The position numbers and the translations under genes were made by a program. Positions 62,548 to 64,000 of a stretch of 64,000 nucleotides of DNA are shown piece after piece (the stretch's first letter is position 1; every line of letters begins with the position of its first letter). Origin of the DNA: Thermoplasmata archaeon (GTDB taxonomy: Archaea > Thermoplasmatota > Thermoplasmata > Lutacidiplasmatales > UBA184); NCBI GenBank assembly GCA_050749685.1, contig JBOGRS010000001.1, positions 1,920 through 65,919 on the forward strand, read 5' to 3'. The notes beneath the pieces were generated by a model, which was not told where the DNA came from, searched no databases, and saw only the letters and a list, made by a program, of their open reading frames with translations.

Positions 62548-63303
62548 ATGTCGCCGTTGTGGGGAGCCTCACGGTCCGACCGGGAGCGCCTCCTCGTGAC
62601 CCTCCGCTCGCTCGGACCGACGTCGGTGGCGGGCCTCTCCGCCGCGCTCTCGTGGTCGGAGCGAAAGACCGAGCGGACGATCCGCGAGATCAGTACGCGG
62701 CATGAGGCGGCGCTCGACTTTGACGCTCGGGCCCGGTCGATCGGCTTCGCGGTGGCCCACGGCCGCCGCCCCGCGACGCCCCCGCCGTCCCCCGTGGTCG
62801 AAGGGTCGATCCCCGCGTCGGGGTCGTCCGCCTCCGAGGGACCGTCGCCTCCCTCTCCGTCCGCCGCTCCGATCGCGCGCACCGTCGGCCCGATGGGAAC
62901 GTGCGACGCGTGCGGCGTGCGCATGGTGCCGACGGGAACGGGTACCACCCTCTACTGCCCGGCGTGCGGACGCCTTGCGACCATCCGTCGACCGTCGGCG
63001 ACGCGCCCCGCGGCGACGATGCCGCCTCCGTCGCCCCCGCCCCCCTCCCCGCCCCCGTCGGCCTCTCGTCACAGCGGTCCGATCCCTCCCGCGGCCGACG
63101 ACCGTCGTGCCCAGGAGATGTTCGCGGCCTGGGTGACCTCCCAGCCGATCCCTTGCCCGCGGTGCCATACGCCGCTCAATCACCGTGGCGTCGCCGAGTA
63201 CAGTTGCCCCTCGTGCGGGGAAAGGGTCCACTTCGGTGGGCCCCGCATGCCCTCGGCCACCTCCCCCGCCCGCTCCGCCGCGGCCGCGCCGCCGACGCCG
63301 TGA
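62548..63303 (+). CDS. putative regulator: N-terminal winged helix, two zinc ribbons, Pro-rich linkers
   Basis: ATG 62548. RERLLVTLRSLGPTSVAGLSAALSWSERKTERTIREI (wHTH-like); CDACG..CPACG and CPRCH..CPSCG ribbons; PPPSPPPPSPPPS linker. Confidence 0.5.
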   Translation: MSPLWGASRSDRERLLVTLRSLGPTSVAGLSAALSWSERKTERTIREISTRHEAALDFDARARSIGFAVAHGRRPATPPPSPVVEGSIPASGSSASEGPSPPSPSAAPIARTVGPMGTCDACGVRMVPTGTGTTLYCPACGRLATIRRPSATRPAATMPPPSPPPPSPPPSASRHSGPIPPAADDRRAQEMFAAWVTSQPIPCPRCHTPLNHRGVAEYSCPSCGERVHFGGPRMPSATSPARSAAAAPPTP

Positions 63304-63309
63304 GCACCG

Positions 63310-64000
63310 CTAGAACGGGACCTGGGCGCGCACGCGCCGAACGAGCGACCCGTCCGCGACCTGGGCGGCGATGGCGGCGATATCGGCCGCGGGGGAGCGG
63401 TCCTCCGACCACGGCCGGACCTTCTGGCGAAGGGCCGAGAGCGCCGCTTCGCTGCCCCGTCCCGCGGCCATCGGGCGGCGCAGCTCGACGCCCTGGCCCG
63501 CCACGATCCATTCGACCGCGACGACCGTCTGGGCGTTCGCAAGGAGGTGCCGGAGCTTGGCGCCCGCCCACGGACCCATGCTCACGAAATCCTCCTGGTC
63601 GGCGGAGGTGGGGAGGCTCCCGGCGCTCGCCGGGTGCACCAGGGTGAGCCCTTCGTTCACGAGCGCCGCGGCGAGGTACTGGGGGATCATGAATCCGGAG
63701 CTGAGGCCGGCCGTCGAGGCGAGGAACGCGGGGAGGCCCCGGTTGAGGGCCGGGTTGATGAGCCGGGCGATCCGGCGCTCGCTGAACGCGGCGACCTGGT
63801 GGACGGCGAGTCCCAGCGTATCGAGCGCGAGGGCGAGGCTCTCCCCGTGGAAGTTCCCGCCGCTCACGAACTCGTCGCCTTCGAACACGACCGGGTTGTC
63901 CGACACCGCGTTGAGCTCGGCCGCGACGATCCTCGCGGCGAAGTCGAGCGCCAGCTCGGTGGCGGCGAACACCTGGGGAATGCAACGGAGGGTGTAGGGG
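63310..64000 (-). CDS. hutH: histidine ammonia-lyase, C-terminal part (5' end outside window)
   Basis: The frame is open to the window edge. AAELNAVSDNPVVF, GNFHGE, SGFMIPQY.AAAL.NE, SADQEDFVSMG are aromatic amino-acid lyase hallmarks. Confidence 0.85.
   Translation of the reverse strand, partial: PYTLRCIPQVFAATELALDFAARIVAAELNAVSDNPVVFEGDEFVSGGNFHGESLALALDTLGLAVHQVAAFSERRIARLINPALNRGLPAFLASTAGLSSGFMIPQYLAAALVNEGLTLVHPASAGSLPTSADQEDFVSMGPWAGAKLRHLLANAQTVVAVEWIVAGQGVELRRPMAAGRGSEAALSALRQKVRPWSEDRSPAADIAAIAAQVADGSLVRRVRAQVPF

Noticed and set aside
63030-63075. C-rich repetitive DNA (ccgcctccgtcgcccccgcccccctccccgcccccgtcg)
   Set aside because: It encodes the PPPSPPPPSPPPS linker of the wHTH-zinc-ribbon protein. 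It is a low-complexity coding repeat, not a CRISPR or a tandem non-coding repeat.
1-64000. Scan for CRISPR arrays, rRNA genes, transposases/integrases and toxin-antitoxin pairs
   Set aside because: No regularly spaced direct repeats, no rRNA-like sequence and no recognisable mobile-element or TA proteins were found on either strand.

Overview
This is a very GC-rich archaeal chromosome segment, with no obvious mobile island. The gene content looks euryarchaeal or Thermoplasmatota-like: PolD large subunit DP2, an A-type ATP synthase, the Sm+L37e pair, RNase P Pop5, PurP, FtsZ, gyrase, a class III (pilin-type) signal peptide, and TATA-like boxes about 25-30 nt upstream of apparently leaderless starts. 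I can support about 66 protein-coding loci (two with frame problems) and one tRNA. Most of the long ORFs in the six-frame track are Arg/Pro/Gly/Ser-rich antisense or out-of-frame shadows of real genes, as expected at this GC content. Real genes were picked by recognisable family motifs, ordinary amino-acid composition, and short gaps or 4-nt ATGA/GTGA start-stop overlaps (11415-18, 28013-16, 33336-39, 43854-57, 47220-23, 47693-96, 49174-77). Content falls into four groups. Information processing: gyrA end, Sm, L37e, PolB, PolD-DP2, PolX, RNase Z, Pop5, tRNA-Arg. DNA repair: Mpg, MutY, a TIGR02757-like HhH protein, a NUDIX-fold protein. Energy and metabolism: folP, A-ATPase, nrdJ, nadA/nadC, gcvT-like, purP, purH, a molybdenum hydroxylase trio, hutI, hutH, a glcD-like oxidase. 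Envelope and redox: VKOR+DUF929, a PKD protein, a pilin-like glycoprotein, thioredoxin. The findings most worth a second look are these. (1) A minus-strand cassette in which a RecA-fold protein lacking a Walker A lysine is start-stop coupled to an 80-aa protein, followed by a family B polymerase with degenerate exonuclease motifs and a variant motif C. This may be an archaeal counterpart of bacterial RecA-like/error-prone-polymerase cassettes. (2) A tRNA-Arg(UCG) that only folds if a 33-nt insert in the T-loop is removed. (3) A 71-aa Lys/Tyr-rich internally duplicated protein with its own promoter. (4) An A-ATPase locus split into two convergent units. (5) A molybdenum-hydroxylase/PurP/GcvT-like operon, with a second AICAR-to-IMP route (purH) 8 kb away. 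(6) Three loci with apparent single-base frame problems. No CRISPR array, rRNA, transposase or integrase was seen. All calls come from reading translations by eye; no searches or folding programs were run.
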